A stretch of DNA of 64,000 nt from the human T2T-CHM13v2.0 reference genome, Homo sapiens. The first letter of the stretch is position 1; each line of letters starts with the position of its first letter. Below the pieces are notes generated by a model. The model was not told where the DNA came from and ran no database searches. It was given only the letters and a program-made list of their open reading frames with translations. The stretch lies in assembly GCF_009914755.1 (NCBI RefSeq), contig NC_060927.1; one strand, 5' to 3'. This document shows, one piece after another, positions 26,055 to 41,013 of the stretch. Made by a program: the position numbers and the translations under genes.

Positions 26055-26246
26055 GGATACAGTTTGGCTGTGTTCCCGCCCAAATCTCATCTTGAAGTGT
26101 AGCTCTCATAATCCTCACGTGCCTTCCACCATGATTGTGAGGCCTCCCCAGTCTTGTGGAACTGTGAGTCCATTAAACCTCTTTCCTTTATAAATTATCC
26201 AGTCTTGGGTATGTCTTTATCAGCAGCATAAGAACAGACTAATACA
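26055..26246 (+). mobile_element. THE1 solo LTR with an internal deletion
   Basis: Both THE1 ends are present but span only 192 bp. TSD ATGAT at 26050-26054 and 26247-26251. Confidence 0.88.
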
Positions 26247-26268
26247 ATGATATAGTATATAATAGTAA

Positions 26269-26607
<339 letters not shown>

Positions 26608-26739
26608 AACATTATTAGATTTGTGTTACTATGAATTTATATACTTATAATGAAATATGTCATATTTATAAGGTGTACTATAAATGTGAATAATGTATAA
26701 ATATCTCTTACCCACAGATGATAATTTAACAAACTAATT

Positions 26740-27030
26740 CGATAAGCAATACACTTGAACAATTAACAAAATATATTCAAATGGACAAAATAAGCATAAA
26801 AATTCTCAACAATTCTAGTTATCACAGAAACAAAAAGTAAATCCACATGAGTTACCATCATATACCTATTAGGCTGACCAAAATTTAAAAGGCTGATAAT
26901 GCCAAATGTTTGTCAATATGTGAAGCAACTGGAACTCTCACACATTGTTGATGGAAATCAAAATGGCACAACCATTTTGAAAAAAGACTTGACATATTTT
27001 AAAAATTTAATTATCCACTGATGTTATAAT
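26740..27030 (+). mobile_element. L1ME-type ORF2 3' fragment
   Basis: GAAGCAACTGGAACTCTCACACATTGTTGATGGAAAT...GCACAACCATTTTGAAAA. Confidence 0.75.
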
Positions 27031-27060
27031 ATCAATATATACTACACGTGTATAATAATA

Positions 27061-27496
27061 TGGAAGTAGGAAGTGGGACTTAACTGTGGACCAGATTAAA
27101 GACTGGCTAAAACAGGGAAGAGACACCAAAAACAACTCTCCACAAGACACACCCACCAGTGCCAATACAGTTTATCATTGCTGTGGCAACATCCAGAAGT
27201 TACTGCACTTTTCCATGACAATAACCGAAAAGTTATCACTTTTCTAGAAATTTCCGAATAACTCACATCTCGATTTGCATGTAATTAAAGGTGAGTATAA
27301 ATATGAGTGCAACACTGCCCCCAAGCTGCATCTCTCAACCCACTGCCTATGTAGGAGCAGTCACACAGCTGTAATATTGCTTCCTAAATAAAACTGTTTT
27401 ATTGTACCACCTTTTCACTGTTGAATTTCTCCCTGGGCAAAGCCAATAATCCTCCTGGGCTAAGCCCCAGTTTTGGTGCTTGCTTGCCCTGCATCA
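27061..27496 (+). mobile_element. MER66-like ERV1 solo LTR
   Basis: GTAGGAAGTGGGACTT start, TATAAATA, AATAAA, and end GCTTGCCCTGCATCA. Homologous in inverted orientation to 29260-29711. Confidence 0.85.
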
Positions 27497-27499
27497 GTT

Positions 27500-28430
27500 T
27501 TATATTGTGTCCTTTTTGGGGAAGTTGTGCTTTTCAAAGAATTTCTCATTTTCTTCTAAGTTGTCGAGTCTATTGGCAAATAGTTGTCCACTAAATGTCC
27601 TTATTATCTTTTTAATATCTGTAGAGTCTGTATTGTTTCTCTTTCTTTTCTGATATTGCTATTGTGTTTGTACACTTTCATTACTAATTAGTCTTACTTG
27701 ATTTTGTTAATTACTTTTTCAAAAAAACCACATTTGGGCTTGTTTATTTTCTATTTCATTGATTTCTCTTCTCTTTGGTATTACTTTTCTACAACTAATT
27801 TTTGTAACTTGATATTTTCTTTGGGTTACTAATATGGAAATATATATTATTGATTTCTCTTAAAAATTTGAGCAGGTCAATTTTTCTTCAAATATTATTT
27901 TAGCTTCATTGAACACATTTTGATTCATTTTTTTTGTATTCATAATCCCTCAGTTCAAAATATTTCCAAATTTCACTTGTGTGTTTTCCTTTGTCCCATT
28001 TTTGCTAAGTGTGTTATATAATTTTCACATACTTTCTTTACATACTATGACTTTTTCTAAATAATTATTATTTAGAAAATTATTATAATTATTATTTGCT
28101 AGCTTAATTATTTTCTAGGCACAGACTATCCTAATATTTCAATCTTTTCAAAGTTACTAATCTGTGTTTTGTGATCCAGCATAATGTTTATTATCATGAT
28201 ATTCTGTATGTAGTTGAAAAGATTATTATAGTTGCTTGTTGCAGTATAGATGTCAATTCAGCCAATGTTGTTGGTAGAGATTAACGGGTGTATGAATTCT
28301 TACTAATATTATGGCTAATTTTCTGTCAATTATTGAGGAAGGAGTACTAAAATATCCAAATATAATTGTTCATCTATTCCTCTATTTCAACCCATTTCTT
28401 CTTCCAGTACGTTTATATACATCATATATA
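27500..28430 (-). mobile_element. Old L1M ORF2 fragment
   Basis: T-rich antisense L1 with CATTTTCTTCTAAGTTGTC and CTATTTCATTGATTTCT motifs. Confidence 0.7.
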
Positions 28431-28463
28431 TTGCCACCTAATTTATTCATAATAAAATGCACC

Positions 28464-28833
28464 TGATATGATTTGACTGTGTCCCTACCCAAATCTCATC
28501 TCAAATTGTAATCCTCATGTATTGAGGGAGGGACCTGGTGGAAGGTGATTGGATCATAGGGGCACTTTCCCCAATAACTGTCCTCATGATACTGAGAGAG
28601 TTCTCACATGAGCTGATGGTTTTAAAAGCATTTGGCAGTTTCCACTTTGCTCTCTCTCTCTCTCCTGCCACCATGTAAGACATGCCTTGCTTCCCCTTTG
28701 CCTTCCACCATGATGGTAAGTTTCCTGAGGTCTCTCCAGCCATGTGGAACTGTGAGTCAATTAAACCTCTTTCCTTTATAAATTACCCAGTCTCAGTTAG
28801 TATCTTTACAGCAGTGTGAGAATGACTAATATA
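28464..28833 (+). mobile_element. THE1D-like solo LTR
   Basis: TGATATGATTTGACTGTGTCCC...GACTAATATA, with TSD GCACC at 28459-28463 and 28834-28838. Confidence 0.92.
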
Positions 28834-28838
28834 GCACC

Positions 28839-29255
28839 TATTTGAAATATACAATTTCATGAGATATGACACATGTATACACTCATATGACCATTGCCTC
28901 ATTCAAGATATAGAACATGTTCATCAGCATGTGTGCTTCTCCCATGGCTGTCAATCACACTCACACCCACTGAACCCATGCCACCACAACCACTGTGTGG
29001 TCTTCTGTAATTACATATTTGTTTTCTTTTTGTGTAATTTCATAAAAATAGAATCATATAGTATGTATATTCTTTAGTGCATTTTTATTTTACATATATG
29101 CCATTCATCATACCACAATTTGTTTATTTATTATCTGCTCTTGGACATTTGACTTTTTTCAGTTTGGGCTGTTACAGGTTCAACTATTATGGGTATTCAT
29201 GTACAAGTTGCTTTACAGGCACATCTTTTTGTTTCCCCTTGATAACCATCTAAGG
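28839..29255 (-). mobile_element. L1ME-type 3' end
   Basis: TGACACATGTATACACTCAT...AATAGAATCATATAGTATGT...TTCATGTACAAGTT. Confidence 0.7.
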
Positions 29256-29259
29256 GTAT

Positions 29260-29711
29260 TGATGCATGGAAGGCAAGCCCCCAAATTAGTCCTTAACCTA
29301 GAAGGGTTATTGCCTTTGCCCAGGAAAGAATTCAAGAGTGAGCTGGCAGTAGAAGAAAACAGCTTTATTATCATGACAGTGTTACAGCTCTGTGACTGCT
29401 CCTACAGAGCAGAGATACTCCATAGACAGTGTGTTGGGAGTAGCAGCTCAGGGGCAGTGTTGCAGTCATATTTATACCCACCTATAATTACATGCACATC
29501 AAGATGTGTGTTATTCAGAAATTTCTAGAAAAGGAGTGGTAACTTTCTGTTCATTATCACGGTTGGGGCAGTAATTCTGGAAGTTGCCACAGCAATAGTA
29601 AACTGCCATGGCACTGGTGGGTGTGCCTTATGGAAAGCTGTTTTTGATGTCTCTTCTCTTTTATAACTAGTCTTTAATTTGGTCTGGAATTAAGTCCTGC
29701 CTCCTACCTCA
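29260..29711 (-). mobile_element. MER66-like 3' LTR of a truncated ERV1 provirus
   Basis: TGATGCA...CCTCCTACCTCA, directly adjoined by a polypurine tract (TGAGTGGGGAA on the minus strand, 29712-29722). Confidence 0.88.
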
Positions 29712-29849
29712 TTCCCCACTCAGAGATTAGATACTTCTCCATAAACTTAAGGGAGCTGCAGAAGGGTGGAGGTCCATCTTCTGTAACTGCTTCCTGCTGA
29801 TTTTATGGGAATAGGTCCTTCCTAGCACTGGAGGAGTAAAAATCTCTGT

Positions 29850-31510
29850 ATACCTAATCTAAGGGGCCCAAAGACAGGATACTTTTATTCTCGGGGACAG
29901 CTGATGGAATGAGTTAAAAGCCTTGTGGCAGCATTGTCTTTACCTGGAATTGTTGTAATTTAGAAGGCAGGAACTTTACTAAAAGGTTAAACAAGAGAAA
30001 ACCAAAACCTAATAATAACAAGATAGCTATCAAAGGTCCTAGAAGAGGTAAAAACCAGCTGCCACTTGGGAGGGCACTTGTTGAAAACAACATTTTTTAT
30101 TTAGAGATGGGATCTTGCTACGTTGCCCAAACTGGTTTCAAACTCCTGGGCTAAACTGATCCTCCCACCTTGGCCTTCCAAAGTGCTGGGATTACAAGCG
30201 TGAGCCACTGCACCCAGCCAAAGGAAGGCACTTTTGATAGTCGACCAGATATAGCTGGGGTCTGGGCCCTGGTTCTATCTATGTAACCAGGTAGCTTGCT
30301 CATAGATCATTTGAATGTTAACCTCAACCTGTCGGGTTGTTAATTTGTATACAGTAGGTTTTATTAATAACTGCACAGACTCTACCTTGTGTAGCTTGTA
30401 AATAACCCAACGTTAGTCTGTTATTGAGAATTACATTTGCCAAAGGGTCTAGGGAGTCTTAAATTCTCTTTAGTGTCTGACCTGTGTTTGACAACTAAGG
30501 ATTCTAGGGTTTCAGTCAAGATTTCTAGGGTTGAATTATGGTAGGCAAAGCCACCTCAGGGTGGTGTTAGTCCTATTGACACCCTGATTCCCACCTGAAT
30601 TAATCCTACTGCTCATTTATTTTTGGTATTCCTAGGTTTCATGGAGTTATAGACCATGACCCCTAGCAGGGGAAGGGTGGCCAATGTACATTTACCTTTG
30701 TTCCAAGTTTTGATATATAAGAGAAGGCTCTTCCTTAAAGAGCAGGTGGCTCCCTTGCAAGTCAAGAGTGTTTACGGGGTGTGACTTTTTTACTTTCATG
30801 GCCGCAAACAATAATGAGCTCAGTGGGGTACAATTAGAGATCCTTCGGGTATGATGTCTATTCTTCACTGCCAAGTTAGGTCCATAGGAATATTCTTCAC
30901 ATGTTTTAATATGACCGGTTGAATAATCTTTGTTTTCCATAAGTGGATGGTACTCCCACCTTTCCAGATTAGGCAGTTGTTTTTTCAACTGTATGTTCTG
31001 GTGCAGGATAAGGCCCCATATATGGCTTTCTTACTCAGAAGTAGAATCCCATTTACCATGCTGTGCCCTTGGGAACTTGGCAATTAGAGTTGGATTAAGG
31101 CATCACAGGGAAACTTTCACTTTTGTGTCATTAACAAAATGGTGGATGTAAAAGAGAGAATCATTAGTGCAGTGGAGATACGGATACCCAAATTCCCAAG
31201 TCCAGGTAGTAGTGGTGGGACTGGGTTCAGGTGGAATTGGTTAAGTTGGGGAGAATTTCACCTAGCAAGTAGGAGTCTGGGTGCTTTGGAATTGCTATGG
31301 TTAGTTAGGAAGTCTGGGGAGATGACCACAAGATTTTTCAGATGGGCCAGAAGGTAGAACTTTTTATCCTGGGATGTTGATGACAAATCCAGCAACTACG
31401 AAGATGATTCCCTACCACTATAATTTTTGAAATGTTTCCTATAGAGTTTTTCCCACTCACAATAAATCAGGGTAATTGGGAGAGCAAACAGGATTAACAG
31501 TGGCAGCATG
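29850..31510 (-). pseudogene. env: ERV1 env remnant (gamma-type)
   Basis: On the minus strand: signal-peptide-like MLPLLILFALPITLIYC (~31510), CWIC (~31390), furin site decayed to KNK* (~30615), and ISD/CX6CC-like LANVILNNRLTLGYLQATQGRVCAVINKTYC (30350-30445). Stops and frameshifts are present. Confidence 0.85.
30092..30219 (-). mobile_element. FLAM_C / AluJ left monomer inserted in env
   Basis: Single monomer GAGATGGGATCTTGCTACGTTGCCC...CACCCAGCC. Imperfect TSD GGAGGGCACTTGTTGA / GGAAGGCACTTTTGA. Confidence 0.88.
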
Positions 31511-31657
31511 GTGTCTGGTTGGGCTTTGGAGTGGCCTGTATCCCCAACAAGAACAAAAGATATTTCCCAGGAGGAGGCAGTTGGCCAAAGCAACAGAAAA
31601 AAAGTATTACAATTAGGAAGAAGAGAACAATTAATGCTTCTATTTGTATTCAAAGCC

Positions 31658-32402
31658 TCAGTTTACTATTTCTGGCTGTATTGATTCTTTTAAATAGGTA
31701 AGGGAGGCCTTCCAAAGGTTCACAGATGTAGGTCGTGGTGTCTTCCTTTTGTGCCCATGACTAATAAGAAATAGGTTTAATCTTGGAGAGGTGTACCCAA
31801 CTGTTATTGTCTGAAGTTTAACAGCAGTAGGAGTACTGAACAACACCTGATAGAGGACTTTCTAGTTTGGTTGTAATTGATTCTTGAGAGATCCTGTTGT
31901 TCCAAATTTTTAGTAAAATCAATCTCCTGGTTCAATGGATGGGGGTGGGGAACATTAATTCTTTTCGTTTTGGGAGGGGGCGATATTTTGTTTTTACATG
32001 CTTGAAAAACCTTCTGAACCTAGCTAAGTTGATAATATGGATGAGCATTCTATGTGTCTTTTTATCAAACAGGAGGTCTAAAGTTAAAAATAGCCTCCTG
32101 TAAGTCATTTCAAATGGACTAAACTTTAGAGTTACCTTTGGAGCCATCCTCACATGTAAAAGGGCTCTGAGTAGGAGAGAAACCCAGACCTCTAAGCTCT
32201 CAGGTCTCCTAACAGAGTTTTGCTAATGTCCTTTAAAAGACATAATTAGCTTTGTTTTTTTAAATCTTATTGGAGAATTGAGGTCTCCATGAGAGGTGAA
32301 GATAATAGGTAATGCCTAGGGCTAAAAAAAAACCTGCCTGGTCATTTTAGCTGTGAAGGAGAGTCCCCTTATCACTCTGTAGACTTTTTGGTAATCCAAA
32401 CA
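31658..32402 (-). pseudogene. pol: ERV1 pol (integrase core and C-terminus) remnant; the provirus is truncated upstream
   Basis: Minus-strand peptides FGLPKSLQSD, SPFEMTY and STPTAVKL are integrase motifs. Homology ends abruptly at ~32402. Confidence 0.82.
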
Positions 32403-32645
32403 TAAAGAGACACATATCTAAAGTAATACAATTCAGTCGCAATTTTATAGATGACTGCAGTTTACCATTAATTCAACACATATTTATTATTAAATAGAAT
32501 ATATTTTAAATTCCTCATTTTGTAGATCCTATCAAATAAACTATTTTTTCATATTATTATATTATCACAATTGGCAGTTGTGTATATGATGTATATATAT
32601 ATCCACCACTTGATTACTAGCTGGATATGTGTGTTTGTGATCACA

Positions 32646-32668
32646 GACACACACACACATACACACAG
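32646..32668 (+). repeat. Imperfect (CA)n
   Basis: Read directly. Confidence 0.85.
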
Positions 32669-35600
32669 AGCGATGTACACACACTAATTTCAAATACTTA
32701 AACCCACTATTTCCACTGGGACTGAGTCAGTAATTTAATAGTACATTCAAGGAAGACCTTATTATTACATGAGATTGGAGGTTATCAGGGAGTTTCAAAT
32801 TGTTATTATTGAAACAACAATGCACTCTTTTGAGATTCAGTGTGAACCTGCTGCAGTATGGTGCTGGTTACTGACATTTAATATATGAAACCTTGGAACA
32901 CCGTTAAATAGAAAACGTGAGTGATTACTAAAAGAGTAATCTGAGTTTTCCAATTTTATAAAACTCCGCTATCGAATCAGATTTAAAATGTTTAAATTCC
33001 AGAAATGAGCAGAGACCCCAACATTTAATATCTCCAGGGAATTACTGAAAGAAAATACTAGAGAGATATTGGGGGAAGCAGAGACAATCTTCTGTTTGAA
33101 AAATCTATATACATTTACTAGCAGGATGGTAATAAGCATTTCTGGGGTTGTAGAAGCATTGAATAGAACCGTGGTGTAATGATGTTGAAACTATTGACAG
33201 AACTGGCAATAATGACCCACTAAAATGAAGCCAAATGGAATTAACCTAAAAATCCAATCAATGGCTCACTCACTGAGGGAAAAATGAGGAAAATTTCTGC
33301 ATAATTTCACATTTTATTCTTGGTAGCTTTATATCATGTGAAATGTACAGGGTGTGCAAATGTGTGAGACAAAATTTCAGCAAACAAAATCAGGCATTGT
33401 AGTAGAAATTGCAGACGAAAGAAAATTAGTGGATTAGATTGACTTCTGTATTGGCAAATGGCATGTTATAATAAAGATGCAATAGTACTTAACTTTTAAC
33501 ACTAATTATTAATTATTTATTGAAAAATTGGCTTTTTAAAATATTTTATTCTTGTAATAATAAATGTGATAGGTAGCAATACTGAACATGAATTTTTGAG
33601 CATGTCATCAGCAAGAGTTTCTTTATTAAATTTCTTGAGGTGACAACTTAATGGTAGAAAGAAATTATAAATAAAAAACGCTATCCACTTAATTATGTAG
33701 TAATATATGGTTATGTAGCTATGCAATAATAACTTTGTGACTTCAGTTTCTTAACTGAAAATAAATAATCACTTCAGTACTTTATAGTATTTTTAGGTTC
33801 CTAAACAAAAGAAATATGATCTTCAATATTTTTCATTTATTAAACCATTTCTAGATGATAGTTGAACTTACAGATGCCAGTTTACTAAAAGTTTATATTG
33901 AAATTTAGTTATAAAATATTTAGTAAGAAAAACAAAGGTATAATATTTATTAGATGGCCCATATTACTGCACCATAGAAAGTTTTATAAACAAGTAAATC
34001 TCATAGTACATTCACAGGCAAACATAAACATAATACAAATAACACTGTATTATTTAACCATGTTTACATGCCAAGTGAACAGTAAATGGGCAGCTGATAA
34101 TACATTCAATCAGACAGTCTATCATATAAATTTCATTCACTCATTAAATTTATCCTTTAATGCTAAATTACTCTATTTATGACCAGCAGAGAAATATATG
34201 TGTATAGTAAACATTGAGCCTAATGACTAAAGTAAAACGATTGAGTACCTTGGTTTTTACCATTACACACCTGTAATTTAAAAAAAAAAAATTGGATGAT
34301 ATGTTTTCTCTCATTGCATTAATCTTTGTTTTTTCAACTTATCTGTCCTTTCACTAAAAGAAAATCACCCTACTAATTCATACTTAATAGGAGACCTTTG
34401 CATTAACTCAAAGCAAGTTGGTATCCAATTATCATAGCCTATTCCATTTTGAAAAATGAGGCAATTATAAATTTGTGATCTTTCCCCTTTCTTTAATTCC
34501 ACTGTTCAGTGAGTTGTATTTGTTTTGTTTATTGTAAAGAACTCCAAGTAAACCTGGTTACATTTGCCTATTCACTTTAAAAGTTACGGTGAGTCTCACT
34601 GGTCTGCCATCTGGAGTCACAGCTAGCTGACAACATTATATAACTTTTTAAATTCATGTGTTGCTGAATTTAATGTAATTTTGAAATAAGTATGTTATGT
34701 TTAACAATTTTGGAATGCATCTCCTTGGCCTGATAGCAGCAGCTACTGCGTTAAGAAATTGTTCTTATAGCAATATGCCACTGATTCATTATTTTTTCTT
34801 TTCAAGCTTATCACTAGCTTAAGACATAACATATATCCACCCCCTGAGTGTTTAAGTCTATTCCATGTTTCTATGTGGATTTCTCATTTCTTTTACTATC
34901 ATAATATTGAGCAAAATTTAGACAGAAAAAGTTTATTACTGTTATTGAATAAGGTATATTTATTATTACAAAATCATATGATTTTACAAAATACATTTTT
35001 TTCCTGTGGCCCATTATGTTTGGAGTATAATTAGATGTTTCCCATAGTAACTAGGCCCCTGCTATCAAGCTAAATGGAATAACTTTATTCGTCTGCAAAT
35101 TTTTAACAGGGCAAACAAAATAATAGTCACAATAGCAGGAATTTTATTATGAAAGGTAATTATCACTGATTATACCACATTGAAAAGCAATTATCTTTAT
35201 TTTCTCCACCTTGCCTTCCAACTTTGGTCCATATTCTTAAGTACTTTTCATATATCTGTAATGGCATCATAGAAATACTACAGTGATTCTTTAAAATACC
35301 TGAAATTGCAAGAAAACCCATGATTACTTGATAAGACAAAATAGGAGGAAAAGTATAAATTACAGTCATTGTTTTCTGGTTCCATGGTATATTGCTGATG
35401 CATTCTGAATTCTTGTCCCTTGCCTGATTTCACAACAGAGAGATTAATGCTCCAAGATTCTGAATTCTTGTCAGATGTCCAGATTCTAAAATCTTTGACA
35501 AATGAACAATTTTGAAGTAGTTATTTATGTTTTTTCCCCCAGTCCCATATCATCTTATCCAAGCAAATCCAATACACTCAGTTTTAATGTACATGCTTGC

Positions 35601-36691
35601 CACTAAAACGTCTCTCCTTTCATTATATTACTCTTTGTAGCAATTATGTTGCCTTTTGGATTGATCTAACTTTTTCCAATGTTTCCATATTCTGACTATA
35701 GATTTTACCTTCTAGTTCAAATTCTGCTTCTTTAGATTTTTCAACCATTTAATTTCTGAATATTGACCAAAAACACACACTAAAGGGTGTAAATCACTGT
35801 CTCTTTCAGTTATTCTTCTCAGTGTTGTGATAGCATTTCCATCAGTTTTTTCAGAGATTAAGGATTCTTTTCATAATCTGAACCACTCAAAATTTGATAC
35901 CTGTATTTTACACTTTCTCCATTTGTTGCCAGACTCTTACATTGATGCTAACAGCTGATATAATTTTCTCCTCAGTATTTTATGTTCAAATTCTTGACTT
36001 ACAGACCCTGTGTATACCAGTCCCTGGATAAGTAAAACCTGATTTGTACATTTCATTCTGTAACAGTCACCTAACCCTCTTAATTCTGTATATCCTAATG
36101 ACTAACCATATAATTCAATTTATGATATGTGCTCATGCATATAAACCATTGCACATTTTTTTCACTATACTTCAAACAGCCTGATGTCTAATTTCCACTT
36201 GAGGAGACATATATTCCGATTCCAGGTCACAATTTCTGACCATCATTTGTTTCTGACCCCCTAGGCTAAGTAACAAATCCCTCTTCAATACTGTTAATGT
36301 CTACTGCAGCAATTATTAATTTTTAATATCTCTACTTAACAGAGTTCTTCAACTTAAAATTATCACTTTATGTTTGTTTTGTTTTGCTTTTGCTTTAGTT
36401 TCCAATCTGTACCATGACTTATCTAGAGTATTTCATGAATACTTTTCTGGAATATTTAATTAATTATTTAGTGAATAATTAGTATGAGGATAGTTATCAA
36501 TGCATAGAACAAAAATACTTAGTGTAGAAATTTTCATAATGGAGATTATGACTAAGAATGAATAAGCATTAACTTAGTGTAGTCCATGTTGCAACAGAAG
36601 TAAAATGGTTCTTTGTATAGATACCAACCAAAGATTTTGCTGATAATCCAATGGAGATGACTGAATCTCCAAGAATCCTGTTTGGCTGTAA

Positions 36692-37043
<352 letters not shown>

Positions 37044-38019
37044 TTTACATGTATATGTTATATGTTATTGTTCTGATGTACAGATCCTTACTCACTACAA
37101 TATTTTTTAGAATTTTCTATACAATGACCAGGTTGATTTTTCTCCTACTAAGGATGATCTGTGTATGAGGCAATTATTTTACAAGCTTAGTGCCATGTTT
37201 TGTGGTTCTATCACAATTAAAATAATACTTATATTAATGGAACATCTTTGATTCATGGTGCATTTCCAATAACCATTGTTTATCAGATCAGTGACATTCA
37301 GTAAAAGTAATCTTGAATTTAAACTTGAAGGAAAATTTTAGTAAGGGATTTCTACATATACTCAAAGAAATTTCCTAAAAATTAATGTTGAAATGAGGAA
37401 TTTGGCATAAAGTATTTTAGCATTATTTCATTATTATCTTGCATTTTACATTTTTTGAAAGTACCAGCTAATGAGTTAAGAGAGAAAATAATATGGATTA
37501 AAACTGTTGATATATTTGTGAAATAATTATGATTTCTATAAGGAGAAACTAATAGAATTAACACAAAACTAATAAAACCAATACATTAAGGTATGTGGCT
37601 AACTTCAAATATTAGAAGAAACAAAAATCTCTGATAATCATTATAATAAATTTTATATTTTAAGGTAAAATAAATTATTCAATTAATAGCCCAAATATAA
37701 AATTATAGAATAGTAGAGTTAGAATAAAGAAGATTGAATAGAATATATACATATATGCATACATGTATATACAAAATTAGAAATATTTTCTATTTTTCTC
37801 TCTTTCTACACAAACATTATATATATACCTATATCTATAATTTTTTTAAACTTGAATGAAAAGACAAAATTACTTGAGTAAATGATGAGAAATACTAGGA
37901 CACTATGTTCCTGTTTAGAAAGAATTGATATATATGCATATATGTCAGTTTTCCTGAATCAATTTGCAAATTTCATTTAGTACTACCAACTTCCAATTTC
38001 ATTTTTTCTTTAGTTTTAA

Positions 38020-38850
38020 ATTCAAAAATTTTATTTTAAAATCATTTTAGACTCAAAAGAATTGGCCAAAATAGTACAGACAATTTATTTGTACCCTTTT
38101 TCTAGTTTACACCAATGGTATTGTCTTATAAAAGAAATTATGTCATCAAAATAAGGTATTTGACATTTTTCATAATATTAACTATACTACACACCTTATT
38201 CAGATTTTTCCAGGTTTACTTGCACTCTTTATTTCAGTACAGTTAGAGAATATTTTATCACATGTGCAGATTTTTGTAACCACTAACATAGTCAGATTAC
38301 AAAGCTTTTTCGTCATCACAAATAAGCTCCTTTTTGCTTCTTCTTAATGATCACATCCTTCCCAAACTTTAATCTCTGTCAAACACTAATCTGTTCTCTA
38401 TTACTATAATTTTGTCACATGGAGAAAGTTATATAAAATAAACCATACCATATCTAACCTTTCTGTTTGGCTTCTTTTTTTTTATGCTCCAATATAATAC
38501 TCTGGAGATACACAAAATTATGCAAATGAATATTTTGTTCCTTTATATTGCTGAGTCATATTCCATTATATGGATACATCACAGTTTGTCTATTCATCTT
38601 TTGAAGATAACTTAGATTGCTTCTTTCTTTGCTGTTAGAACTGAAACTGCTGTAAACATTTGTATACTGATGTTGGTGTAAATATATGTGTTAATTTCTC
38701 TAGAATAAATATGTAGGAGCACAACTATCTTGTAGTAAAATTTCCTTTTATTTTATGAGAAACTGCCAAACTCTTTTCCAGAGTGACTGAATTATTTTAC
38801 TTATCAGCATATAAGATATCAAGTCATTCTACATCCTCATCATATTTTGT
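38020..38850 (-). mobile_element. L1MC/MD-type 3' end
   Basis: TTTTAGACTCAAAAGAATTG...AAATAGTACAGA, ATTGCTGAGTCATATTCCATT and GAAACTGCCAAACTCTTTTCCAGAGTG. Confidence 0.8.
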
Positions 38851-39303
38851 ACACAATACTATGCTTTAGAGTTACATAATTAAGTTGTTTTAATTACCTA
38901 TGTTTAACGTTTCTAACCACATAGCATAGTATTCTACCATATCATGGCACAGTATTCTACCATCTACCATATCTTGCTTATCTATTCTTAAATTACGGTT
39001 TTCTAACTTATCTCTATCTTCTCATTACTGCAGATTATACATTCCCTGTAAACCACCTGTGTGATTTTACTGGCATATAATTTAGTTATGGGATTCCAGG
39101 CTATGCATAATGTTAATACATAGTATCTGGTTTCTTTCCAAAATAGCAAGACTGGTGCACTTCACCAGGAATTTGTTTCTATTTTCTATCCACTAACAAA
39201 ACCTTTTTATTATCCAACTTTTAGCATGCCAATTGTCATAAATTATATTTCTTTGTTGTTTTAACTAAACATTTTGCTTCTAGTGAATTGGAACCTCTAT
39301 GTA

Positions 39304-41013
<1,710 letters not shown>

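Noticed and set aside
29850-31510. Domesticated env (syncytin-like) gene
   Set aside because: A stop at the furin site, frameshifts and an Alu monomer insertion destroy the ORF.
32830-32925. Possible small exon ending AAC|GTGAGT (similar case at ~62130, GAG|GTAAGA)
   Set aside because: Weak acceptors and no transcript evidence. A lncRNA exon cannot be excluded but is unsupported.
35402-35472. 16-bp direct repeat ATTCTGAATTCTTGTC ~55 bp apart
   Set aside because: No recognisable element lies between the copies; probably a small local duplication.
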